64,000 bases of DNA, taken from contig OX597825.1 in the NCBI GenBank assembly GCA_951406725.2, positions 60,078,001 through 60,142,000 on the forward strand. The letters run 5' to 3'. Positions 10,470 through 28,533 of the stretch are shown one piece after another. The position numbers and the translations under genes were made by a program. The stretch is from Octopus vulgaris (taxonomy: Eukaryota). Position 1 is the stretch's first letter. Each line of letters begins with the position of its first letter. The notes beneath the pieces are model-generated. The model searched no databases. It saw only the letters and a program-made list of their open reading frames with translations, and had not been told where the DNA came from.

Positions 10470-13400
10470 CAAGGAGGGACTCGGTATATATTAAGGAAAT
10501 ATTAATATTGCTACGTGTCATGAAATGTTTCGTTTATTAGAATCAGGTTTATAGAAAAGAAGCTGGCAACTGTAAGTGTAATTCACACCTTCGCATGAAT
10601 TCAGTCTATTTCTCTATTTTTGATACATTTCTCATCCATTTCATATCTTTGTGTTTCTCACTTATAATGACAGAATAGGGAGAGAAATATATTTATCATT
10701 GCTTCATAAATTGTTGATTTTTCAGCCATTATCATACTGTTTATACATTTCTTTTCTGATGAATCTTTATCGTTAATAGATGGTTCCTATGGCATCTAAG
10801 CAAACATGATAGGAAGACGATAATGGAATAAACTTCACAATGAATTTACAACCGTCAAAACCGATCTAATAGCTTCCATTATCCAATTCCTGTTTACAAG
10901 TGTTCCGTTAATGTGGTTCTGAACAAGAGCTTGAGCATCCAGCATTTGCCGCGTTTGATTACATGTCACTCCATATATACGCTAAAATAACATTTTGAAG
11001 TATTAAGTACTGCATTTTAATGAAACACGCTAGCTTTAGTCTACTATACTGTAACAGATCTGAATCACTGACTTGACAAACACAAGCTGGAAATTATGGA
11101 AGCTTTCACTATTTCATTGTAGGCTAAAGGCCATTTATCTTTTGTTCTTTCACTCTTTTGCCAGCAAAATCTACCTTGTGGTTTCAGAATTCAATAGATA
11201 AACTAATTAACTGGTGTAGGTGGTGAAAATTGTGGATGAGATTAATATCTTTATTTAGGCCAATGGTCTTTTGTTCCTTACAATTTACATTAAACGTATG
11301 AGAAACTAAATTTTAGAGCTATAGTACATCCACTTCACCCATCTAAGAGAGTATTAAGGTGATCGTCATGATATTGCTAAACGTAATATTTCTTGTGGGG
11401 GTGGAAACGATCGTTTGAACAGCAGGTAATTCTATGTTAGACGAAATTACAAAAGCCAAGCATTAACACCGAAGTTTGTTAAAATTCTTTAGAGATTTAC
11501 TTGTTAAAGGTTCCATTTCCTCTCCCTTAAAATGTATAGACCTTTGTCAACCCAGAACTAACCTATACCTTCCTGCAAGCTTGTTTTAGGCCGTGTTAAT
11601 CCTTACACGTGGTTTCTACTACCTATGTTCACTTTCGTTTTGAAATTATTTTATACTACTTACAATAATCTGTTTGGCCAGTGATCACACGAAAAAAAAA
11701 CCAAATCAAAAAGAACAAAACAAAACAAAAGTGTCTCAAACTAATTAGTGTTGTACTCTGTACAGGAAGTATTTAGTTTGCATACACAGTAAATAAAAAA
11801 AAGATTTGAAACTCATCAAAGTGATGTAATCATTGTCAAATTATTCTATTAAATTAAATCAGAATAGTAGAGATAATTTTCTTGTGGAATCCGGTAAAAT
11901 CGTCAAACTGGTACAGCGATCATTGCCTGTATGCAGCACTCATCGTTGGAGAATAATTGTTTTTCGGATAGCAGAAATCAACATATCTAATCCTGATCTC
12001 TAACGTACTTTGCAGGATGCCTTTTAGAGATTCAAATCCCCCAGGATTTCACTGAAAATAGCTTTTCCGAAGAAAGAAATATAGTATTCTAAGCCAATGA
12101 AACTCTTGACAAATCTAACGCGAAACAGCGTTGATACAGATGTGAATGTCCAGTATAAATGTCCAACGAAGTGATAACCCAATACCATATTAGTAAAGCG
12201 ACATAATCAGCAATGAACTCGAGATAATATAATGCAAAACAATGGAATAAATTATAAGCCTTTAAAAAGATAAGAAATCTAAGGTTTCGAGCAGAGTTTT
12301 TCACCAGAGATAGATACAAAATCAATGAAGTTGAAGTAATTACAGAGGGAGACGCAAAAGTCAGAAGTTAGTTGGTTATCGAGTACCGTTTCCAATCAGT
12401 CACCTGAGATCCTGTTTTTTTTTTTTAACTAATGGAATCAAATAAAAGACGACACAAGATTACATAAACAGAGACTAGTAATAGAAATAAAACTCTACCA
12501 TCTTTGAACAGAAATAGAAATTTTAAACGTGTAGTACTGTCGAGATGTATAAGAAGAAAAATAAACAGTGTAGCAGACGATTGCTATTTTGGTTGTATCG
12601 TGAACTTGAATGGTAAATGTTTTCGACAGTTTCACATTTTCAAAACACTGCAGCAGATAGGAAATAATTTTCCGGAAGAATGAGAGGATGTTAAAGAAAC
12701 GATAAAAGAGAAAGCAGTCCGATTTTGCCAGGCTTAACATCCTTTCACATCAATGTTCATTGTTCATTACGTCAGATCGTGAGAGCAGGTTAAAAGTTTA
12801 ATCTTAGAATAAAACATATTTAGCTTGAACTTAGAATGTCAGTTTAAGGGGTTTGCTAGAACTTCCGTGACTGTTAAGAGTAAAGAAAGGAAAGAAAAAA
12901 AATTCTATATCCATGAAATCCAAATTGTAAAATACTAAAGTTGCTAAGATGAATATCAACATGGTACCTTTCCTTTTCCAATGTACTCTTTCCATTAACG
13001 GAAACAAATCTGTCGACCACAATTTGGATATTTGCATCGGCAGTAAAAGGAAAAAAGTAGCGTAGTGTAACTTGAAGACAGTAAATAACATGCTGGCAGC
13101 AGGAAGAAATGAATGTAAAATCTTGACTGTCAAGAATTACGAAAGGAAAAGTGTTTGCAAAGTAACTTTTATTAGTTTAGTAAAATTGTTCAGATTAGTT
13201 TTGGTGTAAAAGGGTTGCAAACAGAATTTGGAGAGTTGTTGAAGTTACAGAGATATTTGAGCTACGACTTGTCGAATGCCGTTGCTGGCTGACAGTTCAC
13301 AAATCAATCATATATAACTGTAGCAATGTAATTAAATCCCTCACTTTGTATGCATGAAATATAACTGTGTATGTGTATGTGTATTTGTGCATATGTATAT

Positions 13401-13806
13401 GTGTGTATACGTGTGTTTGCATATATATGTGTATGTGTGACTCTGTGTGCGTGTATAAAACGTCCCTGTCTAATGGTAAATGAGTTGAATCTTCAAACAT
13501 AAAAGCCACGAGTTTGATTTCTGCGCCTGTCAGCATGTTCTGTACTTATGTAACACACTCAATTTTGCAGTGCCCCAGATACTCACCTAAAAGTGAATAT
13601 TGAACTAGTGCTTTTCCACCGTTCTCATCATCCCGCCGTCTCATCCCGGATACTGCACTGCGGCAAAGTATGGGACTGCCGACAGAATATCTTCCTCTAC
13701 TCGGAAATACATAGTTCTTAAAAAAAACGAAGAAGATCCTGCTACATGCTATCAACTCATAGCATACGTGTAATCTCCATAATATACGCGCGCGTGCACA
13801 TACACA

Positions 13807-15027
13807 TGAGGGGTGTTCATTAAAAATTTCCCCAGACCACTTCTGGTTATTGCAGTAAACAGAACTTATAAAGGTATAATCATGCGTGTTTCTACATGCC
13901 ACATATATTGCAGCTTTCCACTAGTATTCTTCTGTCTTTTACGGCTGCTGAAGTGGACTAAGGTGTTATGATGGAGGCAGTTGAATGCAAATCAGTGATC
14001 AGGTTCGTATTCTTGAAAGGGTGTACACCGAAAGAGACTTTCGATGAGACGAAAGAAGTTTATGGTGACAATGCACCATCATATGACGTAGTCTAGCACT
14101 GTCATCACCAGTTCAAATGTGGTCGGTCATCAGTGGAATCAGCTCATATTCCTGGACGACTGCATTCTGCCGTTGATGACGATACCATCGATAAAGTGGA
14201 AGCCGCCATTTCAGGGGATCGCCGAATAGCTATTCGGCACTAGTCGAAGAAGTGAAGATAAATGTAGGGTCCGTGGAAAAAAATCATTCAAACATTTCTA
14301 CATGCGAAAGTTGTCAGCACGATGGATTTCCCGGATGCTCACACCTTTTTAGTAGCAGAAACGAGTCAATTTCTCACAGGACCTTATGGCAATATGCTAA
14401 GAAAACAAGGAGGACTTTTTCGGCAGACTTATCACACAAGATGAAACATGGGTCCATCACTAAGATCTTGAGACTAAAGTCCAGTCGAAGCAATGGAGGC
14501 ATGACAACTCACCACCTCCAAAGAAAGCTCGTGTCTAAACCTCAGCAGGTAAGGTTATACAGTCTTTTGGGTCCTGTGCGGAGTAGTGATGATGGATTTT
14601 CTGGAAAAGGCCACCACAATTAACGGGGCATGTTTTGCTTTGCTGCTGCAGAAATTACGGGATGTCATCAAAGCAGAGAGGCGTTACATTCTGACCAAAG
14701 ACGTCCGTCTCCTCCAAGAAAACATCCCAGATCACAATGCGCATGTTGTCCAGATGAAATCCTTCCTGATTACCCTTAATCTCCCGTCCTCGCACCATCT
14801 CACTTCCATCTCTTTCCAACTAACTATGAAGTCTTTTTTGAAGGGGAAGCACTTTTTGGATCATGACGCAACCTACCGACTTCTACAGACGATGTCTTCA
14901 TAGCTGCATAAAGAGATGGCAGAAGTGTGTGGCGGCTATGTAGAGAAGGACTAAAAATTATGTCAAGTTTCGTTTATCCCATTCCTTGGGAAGTTGGTCA
15001 AAGGAAATATTTAATGAACACTCCTCG
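13807..15027 (+). mobile_element. Decayed mariner-type DNA transposon
   Basis: Imperfect TIRs of about 35 bp ((C)GAGG(G/A)GTGTTCATTAAA.ATTTCC), with a TA at the right end. Broken transposase fragments read LSARWISRMLT, RLITQDETWVHH, RLLQENIPDH and P*SPVLAPSHFHLF (a decayed YSPDLAPSD). Confidence 0.92.
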
Positions 15028-15125
15028 TATATGCGTGCGTGTGCATGTGTGTATTATACATATACACACACACATATACGATGGTTGTTCATTATAGATT
15101 TCCTCCGTGTATAAATATATATATA

Positions 15126-15266
15126 CGTTTGAAATCTGACGGGTGATTACCGGTGCTGCCACCTGCGGTTGTTTTTAGTGTAAGAGGCAGAGAGGAATAA
15201 GGTTCGCTAAGAAATAAAAGAGGGGGAGAAATAAATTTTCGTCAAGGGAAAAGAATTGCTGAGAAA

Positions 15267-15361
<95 letters not shown>

Positions 15362-16210
15362 CTTATTTATTATGCTTCTACATAGTTCATTTTTGTTTGT
15401 TTCTTTTCTCAAGTAGATGCAGATAAATTTAAATCTATTTCATTCTAATTTGGAAATTATCAATACACCGCAACATGAGATAAGGCTACATGGTCATTTA
15501 AAACATTTAGAAACTATATAAACGATCGACTTACTCTTCTTTAAAAAAATAATGGTGGGGAGAAAAGATGTGAGAGAAGATGGCGGGCATTAAAAGCCCC
15601 TAAGTAACTTACAATTAAGATTACTATTAACTTTATACAGAGTACGGTCGATATTTTCTATTTCTCCTACTGTTAACAGTGGAGGAGAGGAGATTGATTG
15701 ATACAAATTCACTTGCGTGTTGAAGATTTCATTCTCGGAGTATTTCAAGGGTCTAATTTTATTCAATTTATCATTGTTCTTTTCTTCTCCAGTGCATATT
15801 GGTCTCGTTTGTTAGCTCTTCATGTAAATACGATTACCGTTCTCTCTTCAAACTACATATAAGCCCCCCTTTGTTCTTTTCGTGAGCGAATGCGGGGTCT
15901 ATGATCGTTTTTTCTATTGCTGTATATCATATCGAGATGATTTTTTATTTGCTTCCAAAGTTTCATCTCGTCATTGCTTCTTGCTATCAGTGTACTGTGA
16001 TGCATTCAGATTTCGACCATTGTTTAACACATACGTGTGAAATTTGACTAGCGATCACCGCTGCTGCTACCTGCGGTTGTTTTTACTGTAAGAGGCAGAG
16101 AGAAATAGAATTTGCTAAAAGATAGAAATGGGGAGAAATTTTCTTCAAGGGGAGAGAATTGCTGAGACACATGTTTTATATACTTCTTTTATTATGCTTC
16201 TATATATAGG
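15126..16210 (+). repeat. Diverged direct repeat of about 170 bp (15126-15385 with a microsatellite insert, and 16033-16210)
   Basis: Both copies share CCTGCGGTTGTTTTTA.TGTAAGAGGCAGAGAG...GAGAATTGCTGAGA...TTATTATGCTTCTA. Confidence 0.8.
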
Positions 16211-16332
16211 TAAACAGACAGGCACATCCACATAGATATATGCTTCAGCCACAGCAACTATTGGCATCAATGTTTTTAAATATAAGTACTGTGGTCGCAG
16301 CTCAGTGACAGAAGCACAATAAATACATCCAA

Positions 16333-16408
16333 CGCCCGGTCTGGGAATCGAAACTGCGATCCTACGACCGCGAGTCCGCTGCCCTAACTACTGTGCAATT
16401 GCGCCTCC
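16333..16408 (-). mobile_element. SINE family C head fragment
   Basis: The tRNA-like head matches 8700-8771. Confidence 0.8.
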
Positions 16409-16429
16409 ACACACACATATATATATAAA

Positions 16430-16486
<57 letters not shown>

Positions 16487-16534
16487 CATGTATAAGTACA
16501 TATATGCGTGTGTGTATAAATGTATATATATATG

Positions 16535-16568
<34 letters not shown>

Positions 16569-16636
16569 TTGATAGATACATACATACACACATACATACA
16601 TACACGCATACATACATACATACATACATACATACA

Positions 16637-16667
<31 letters not shown>

Positions 16668-16734
16668 GTATGTAAGAAGCACCAAGTCAGTCCGGTATTT
16701 TCTGCACATTACATGGAGTGTCTTCGCTATATCC

Positions 16735-16872
16735 ACAAGTTGTTTTTTTTTTATTCTCTCCCTGTTTATTTCATCGTTTTCTTTACTGTTGATGAGCGTA
16801 AGCTCGAAACCCGGAAGACTTTCTCACCTTCAAACTAATACACCTGCTTGTTTGTTTATACACCTGTCTACG
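16735..16872 (+). mobile_element. HHR element family F1, degenerate (motif 16782-16818)
   Basis: CUGUUGA-U-GAGC(guaa)GCUC-GAAAC with the cleavage triplet lost. The flanks match 1540-1660. Confidence 0.6.
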
Positions 16873-16874
16873 TA

Positions 16875-17082
16875 GGCGGTGAGCTAGCAAAAGCGTTAGC
16901 ACGCCGGGCAAAATGCTGAGCCGCATTACACAATCTATACGTTTTCAGTTCAAATTCCGCCGAGATCGACTATGCCTTTCTTCCTTATGAAGTCGATAAA
17001 ATAAATACCAGTTGATCAATAGGTTCAATGTAATCAACTTGCCCCAGTCCCCTGAAGCTGCTGGTCTTGTAAACAAATTTGA
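16875..17082 (+). mobile_element. SINE family B
   Basis: Carries the GGCGGTGAGCT(G/A)GCA head, a GTTCAAATTCC B box and a decayed version of the conserved GCCTTTCATCCTTTCGGGGTCGATAAA..AGTACCAG block. Many copies occur in the window. Confidence 0.85.
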
Positions 17083-17560
17083 AGCTCATGTTAGTTCCTA
17101 CGTCCGTTTCACGATTAAAGTTGTTTCCAACTCTGTATTGAATGTTTCTTTCAGTTACACTCTCTTATTATGTATTAAAAGACAAGAACTGTCATTACTG
17201 TAGCGTGATAGCTATTCTATTTATTTATGCATGTGTGTACGTTTGCATGCATGTATGCATGCAATTCTAACTATTGACGTAGCTTATATATCAGCAGACA
17301 ATTCCCGAATTGATGAGAATACAAGACACAAAATATTCGCACACGAAAAATGTATACAAATACATAAACACAACATACTTGTATGTGCCATCTTGAGGTG
17401 CTTAGCGGATATCATCATTATTTCGATACAAGGGCAATAATTTAATCTGTTAGTATCAACATCGTCACTATTAAAAATGCTGCTGAGAAAGCTGAATGCA
17501 TTCGTTGCTCCGGCAACGGCATTTGTTTACACAACACACACACTAATACTAAATCTTCAA

Positions 17561-17900
17561 GGTGCAGACTCGGCAGCGTGGTAAGAAGCTTGCTTCCCAA
17601 CCTCATGATTCCCGGTTCAGTCCCAGTGCATTGCATTTTGAACAAGTGTTTTATCCTCAGGGTAACCAAAACCTTGTGAGTGGATCTGGTAGATGGAAAC
17701 TGAAAGATAGCCATCGTGTATATATGTATATATATGTCTGTGTTTCTGTGTTTGCGTCACCGTAACTTAGCGGTTCGGCAATACACCGCGATATAATAAG
17801 TACCAGGCTTTAACTAAAATAAGTAGATTCATTTGTTTCAAAATTCAAGGTAGTGCCCCAGTATGGTTGCAGTCAAATGATTGAAACTAGTAAAAAATAG
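17561..17900 (+). mobile_element. SINE family A with an internal deletion
   Basis: The head, body and tail match the other family A copies. Confidence 0.8.
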
Positions 17901-17904
17901 CATA

Positions 17905-22990
<5,086 letters not shown>

Positions 22991-23752
22991 ATGTTTACAT
23001 AACTTTCATTACCACATCTATTTTCTACTATAATAAACGTTGAACTGAAAGCTGAATACGCATTCGACATCTTGTGGATAGCAAAACATGTCGGTTGCAT
23101 GCAAAAGCACATATATTACATAATACAGTTTAAGGGTAAAAATCCTGTCACAGAAATTAATGTGCGTATGTGTGACTGTGTGTGTGTGTGTATGTGTGTG
23201 TGTGTTTGTGGGTGCGTGCGTTTGTGTGGATATTCTCTTAAATCTTGAGCAGCCACCTTCTTGGTGACAAGGTTGCGAAGGAAAGTACCTTGTTTTAACA
23301 GCCATCTCTTAAACCTGAAAATGTTTTTGCAGATTTTTATAGTCCCAAATATCGTATGTATCCATGCTTTGAAGTATTCGTATAAATGTATGGGATGGAA
23401 TTTTAGCTAACACATTTAATATAGATTTATAAACATTTTATATCCTATGCATCTTCGATACAGCTTGCTAAATACTGGATTTCCCTCTCGTAAACTACAG
23501 ATGTGGGGTCCTGAGTTTCTTGATAAACAACCTGCACCGACGATTGTTCATTTCGATCAAATATTTGTGGTGTACATTAACTTCCTCTATTAAATCGACA
23601 TTGAATGTGAATATGCACCGTGTCTCACAAGTTGGATATCGAAGGTATCGCATACATAAAACTTGCATGCACTCATACACACACACACACCCATCCACCC
23701 ACACAACACATACGTATGTGTATATATGTATGTGTATATATATAAATATACT

Positions 23753-24286
23753 TCACAATTTAGGTTAGTTGAAATATGTTTGTCACACCTTTCAACTGCT
23801 AAAGGCAAATACACAGCAGCAATCGGGGAGAAAATAATCACTTTTATGGTAAACTTATGGTAAAAAGGCGTGAAACCACCCAGTTCGTTCAGTGTCGCCA
23901 TCTCTAGGGAATCTCAGACATCGATGTTTCGAGTTTATTGATTCTTGTCGGTGATATGCACCTAATAGAGATAACTCTAAACGAGCTTGTAGCTTTATAT
24001 ATAATTCAGCCAACGCGTTGACTAATTTGCGTTAGTAGATCGCTCGATCGAGAGTAAATAACGAAGTAATGGCGCAAAGCAGTGTTTACGTACAATTACA
24101 ATTCAAGTTAGTTGAAATATGTTTCTCATATTTCAACCGCTAAAGGCAAATACACCGCAGTTCCCGTGGAGGAAAAATCACTCTTATGGTAACACGGTGT
24201 AAAAACACCCAGTTCATTCAGTGAAACATGCGTCAAATATATTTCAACAAACCTAAATCGTGATTATACGTAATCACTGATTTGCG

Positions 24287-24290
<4 letters not shown>
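23753..24290. mobile_element. Old tandem (period about 343 bp) plus inverted repeat with a degenerate HHR on the minus strand (23914-23954; family F7)
   Basis: 23753-23894 resembles 24096-24223, and 24223-24290 is an inverted copy of about 24068-24130. The motif reads UCA-CcGACaA-GAaU(caauaa)ACUC-GAAAC(aucgau)GUC/UGA. Confidence 0.6.
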
Positions 24291-24338
<48 letters not shown>

Positions 24339-24457
24339 TTACGAGAGGTAATAGTGTCAGTGAGACCCAAAGGTGTCAGGTAATGCTGAATAAGTGCTAT
24401 GGATAGTCCACAGTTAATTTCCAGGTTCGGTGATTACGCGAATAAGGGTCCCTTATT

Positions 24458-24493
<36 letters not shown>

Positions 24494-24543
24494 TCCAGCT
24501 CTAAGTCTACATTTATATATATAGTCATTCAGTCATATAATAC

Positions 24544-24595
<52 letters not shown>

Positions 24596-24636
24596 TGTGC
24601 GTGCGTATGCATATTTATATATGTTATTAAATAATT

Positions 24637-24666
24637 CTAGCAATGCACCGCGGCGTTGCCCGGGTG
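24637..24666 (-). mobile_element. Helitron-like 3' end fragment
   Basis: On the minus strand a GC-rich hairpin ACCCGGGCAACGCCGCGGT lies a few nt before CTAG. It resembles 37612-37640. Confidence 0.5.
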
Positions 24667-24895
24667 TTAAGAGCTATAGCCATATTGTGTTATTTGTTCC
24701 TTTCTTATTGATAGAATCTGGACACGGGGAATATAAAGCAAACAACGCCTTTTTATAAACATATTTTTCGGTCATTTTCTGATGAACAACGCTGCAGTTT
24801 CCTTCTACGAAATTCAGTCAAACTTCTGTAGTTCTCCTAGGGCTGTATTAGAAAATACTTTAGGAATGAGAATCCAGGTTCGAAATTTCCCCAAC

Positions 24896-24939
24896 GCACC
24901 TGGTGAAGGCTGGAGGGTATATCAGCCGAAACGTTGTGT
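24896..24939 (+). ncRNA. Minimal type I hammerhead motif (family F8) with one core substitution
   Basis: GCAC-CUGgUGA-A-GGCUG(gaggguauau)CAGCC-GAAAC-GUU/GUGU. (TA)n begins about 11 nt downstream. Confidence 0.72.
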
Positions 24940-24947
24940 TAACAATA

Positions 24948-24992
<45 letters not shown>

Positions 24993-25802
24993 TGCATGCA
25001 TACATATGCATACACACATACATAAATGCAAATATATATATATATGTAAAAGTATAAAGGTGTTTACTTTATTATACTGCAATATAAAGTAGAAAGATAC
25101 AACATAAATTACAATTTAGCATATTGCACCGAAGTGCAATATGCTAAATTAAGTAAAATAGATTACGTTCAGAATGGAGGAGAATGCTTTAAGCATTGAG
25201 TACTTGTTAAGCTTCCTATTGAGTCTGATGTATGTTTGCTGCCGTCTTTTTCTTGAGGGGGATACGCATAGTTATAATTTATTTAAAGTAATCGTACATA
25301 ATTAAATTTTTGCGCATAGTTATAATGTATTTAATATATTCGCACACCTTTTTTCGAATATAGTTTTCATTATTTCCTCTACGTCTCCATAATGAAATTT
25401 TGCAGTCTCATACTTTGAAATTAAGAATTTACTTTCATATATGTATTTAGGTTTAGGATGTAAACCAACAGAGACCACTATTAAGGAAAAGGCGCCCTAT
25501 CAGCTTTTTTTTTGTATTATATGCGCGTCTCCTCATTGAACTGTAAATCAAATATACCAAAAATACCTTTCATGCTTATGCGTAAAATCTTCCATATCCA
25601 CGAACGGTATAAATAAATTGACTGCAACAGCCCTAAAATAGTTATAACTGTAGAAGAAATGTTCAGAATATGTCATCTAGTATATACCCGTAAGGACAGA
25701 TATATATTTATGTATCACGATCATCATATAAAGAGGAAATGTCAATATAATTTTCCGACTTAAACATAACGCGATGTCACGGAAGAATTATATCTAGACA
25801 AT

Positions 25803-26100
25803 ATCTTTTATATAAAATCTGTTCTGTCTGTGTGTGTGTGGCTTCTAGGATCTCGGGCATCCTTGATCCGATTGCGCTCAAATTTGATATGTAGATACCG
25901 ATGGTATAAGAGCTTGTATAAGTATTGAAAAAATTACAAAAATCGATTCCAGGTGAGAATGCGATCGATAAAGCCATGGGAAATCGTTTTTCTCTAGAAT
26001 AGAAAAAAAAGTCTATCTTTATTTCTTCTTTTGCTGGTGTCTCAAGTTTAGGTTAAATCAGGGTTTCTCAAAGAGGAGGCCTATGGGACGGTCGGACAAG
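25803..26100 (+). mobile_element. Probable non-autonomous Helitron-like element, 5' part
   Basis: Starts A/TCTTTTATATAAAA, followed by a (CTGT)/(GT) tract and a CCGATTGCGCTCAAATTTG motif typical of such elements. The 3' end is not clear. Confidence 0.4.
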
Positions 26101-27046
26101 TCGTTTTGAGAAAATTTGCTTTAAATGTTTGACATCTTTTGCTCGTATTCATATAACTTGCCGTAAAGTTAGGATCATTGACAAATGCATAAATTTGCAT
26201 TCCGAAATGAATAGAAGAAAAATACTATATCGCTTTTATGCGGTAGAAGAACTCAACTTCAGATCCAAAAAACGCATAGACAATAGTAAACTATACAACG
26301 TTTGAAGCAAGTGATAACTTGTGTATTACAGTAAGCCATGATATAGTACAAAACCTTGTAAACTCAAGTTTATTCCCCAATAAATTATATGCAATTGGCT
26401 ATATTCACTAAATTGAAACTCGTTTTATTCATTAGATTATAACTAAATAATTAAGAGGCGATTGTATAGTGCAAATTAGCTGAAACTTTTTTAGAATAGG
26501 TGTTATTTATAAAACATTTGTCAATACTATCGACTACGAGATACTCACTGTACAGACCCTTACATATTTCATCATTCTCTGAATTGTAAAATATTTGAGC
26601 ATACCACATATATTTGATGACAATAATGTTACACACACACAATTGTATATATTCGTATAAATCGAAGAACAGCTTTTCTTTTATACATATATCCTTAAAT
26701 AGGCGATTGTGCTCAAGTTTGACTTATTTGATTTTAGATTTTTCGCATTTTCTTATTTCGTTTTTACAGTTATTTGAAAATGTAAATTTTCCAAACTGAC
26801 ACTCAACGTTTTTCCAAACCTCCCCTTCACAATTTATTTTCAAGAGACTTTTACATGTGACTGCTAGCATAGGAGACTTTCGATCAAAATACTTTGGCGA
26901 ACATGTCGAAATCAATTCAAACCACATATACAAAACGAATTAGACACGAGCTTAATCTATTCTCAACAATGTAAGTGTGAATATCTGGAAAAGCTGAATT
27001 TGAATTTAGGATTATTGTTGTTCTAAATAAAACAAAACAAGCGGCA

Positions 27047-27082
<36 letters not shown>

Positions 27083-27238
27083 ACGAATAAGAAAATGTGA
27101 AAACTGAACACAGTCAATGATGCAGTAAAGGCTTGTGTAAGACCCGCCACATTTCTTTAGAAAAGCTGAAAGCAGAAAGAAACCCGTGCATATTTGCCGC
27201 CACATAGCTAAACAGCAGCGAAGCTGAAGGTTTTCTAC

Positions 27239-27316
<78 letters not shown>

Positions 27317-27329
27317 ATCTACCTACCTG

Positions 27330-27404
<75 letters not shown>

Positions 27405-27637
27405 GTCTGTCTGTCTGTCTGCCTGTTTATCTGTCTCTCTGTCGGGCTGGCTTTTTGTCTGTCTGTCTGTCCCTCTCTCACTATATATAAACACAAATAT
27501 TTACACAGACACACACACACACAAACACACACACACAGACACTCACATATATATAAAATACATATATCGTGACTGCATGACCATTGAATCCCCTGCTAGA
27601 AATAACAGCATATTATTTTGTTAGATAACACTGTAGT

Positions 27638-27968
27638 AGGCGCTTGGCTCAGTGGTTAGAGCGTCGAGCTCACGATCATGAGGTTGTGAGTTCGAATCCT
27701 GGGCCAGAATGCCTGTTGTGTTCTTGAGCAAGACACTTCATTTTACGTTGCTGCAGTTCACTGTAGAAATGAGTTGCGAGGTCACGGGTGCCAAGCTGTA
27801 TCGGCGTCTTTGCCTTTACCTTGGATAACATCAGTGGCGTGGAGAGGGGAGGCTGGTATGCATGGGCGACTGCTGGTCTTCTATAAACAACCATGCCCGG
27901 AATTGTGCCTGGGAGGGTAACTACCTAGGTGGAATCCCACGGACAGTCATGACCGAAGAGGGGGTCTC
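27638..27968 (+). mobile_element. tRNA-derived CORE-like SINE with a distinct 3' tail
   Basis: A box TGGCTCAGTGG, B box GTTCGAATCC, then GTTGTGTTCTTGAGCAAGACACTT. It is flanked by the direct repeat TGTAGTAGGC (27632-27641 and 27975-27984). Confidence 0.88.
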
Positions 27969-28502
27969 AAAAATTGTAGTAGGCTGTTATATAGCATATT
28001 TTCAAAATCATTTGATACAATTTACTGGGTGCGCATGGGATACCTAATAATCTAATGTCAACAAAGATATATTTGAGGGTCATAGCTGAGAGATAGTGCA
28101 CAAAAACAAGCATATACTGGACTATCTCCTTATTCCTTTGAGGTGTTGATAGAAAGACAGAGTTAGCGATACAATGGTCATATCTCAGTTACATGAGATT
28201 CACTGTTTAAATTGCAGCACATATGGAAGCTGAAGGAGGTTTACACCCTGTGTAATTTTATTACAGCAGTTACCTGAATTCTATGCAGGTTGAGGCGAAC
28301 ATGAACATTCCACGCGCATATTAAAAATGAATAACCACATGAATCAAACTCAAGTAACCGACTTCACATACACAGGCACAGCACGTATATACCGCAAACC
28401 CCAAAAGACAAACAGATCAGCGGTCGCCAACTATATATATACATACGTGTGTGAGTGTATTTTTGAGCGTGTGTTTGAGTATGTGTGTGTGTGAGTATAT
28501 GC

Positions 28503-28533
<31 letters not shown>

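Noticed and set aside
12089-13133. Several 80-100 aa ORFs in unique AT-rich DNA
   Set aside because: They have no recognisable motifs and their lengths are compatible with chance.
23289-23314. Possible micro-exon on the minus strand (ttttcag/GTTTAAGAGATGGCTGTTAAAACAAG/gtactt)
   Set aside because: The donor is weak and no partner exons can be identified.
27638-27712. tRNA gene-like sequence (also 8700-8771, 16333-16408, 62595-62666)
   Set aside because: These are SINE heads that continue into SINE bodies or are decayed, with no clean cloverleaf.
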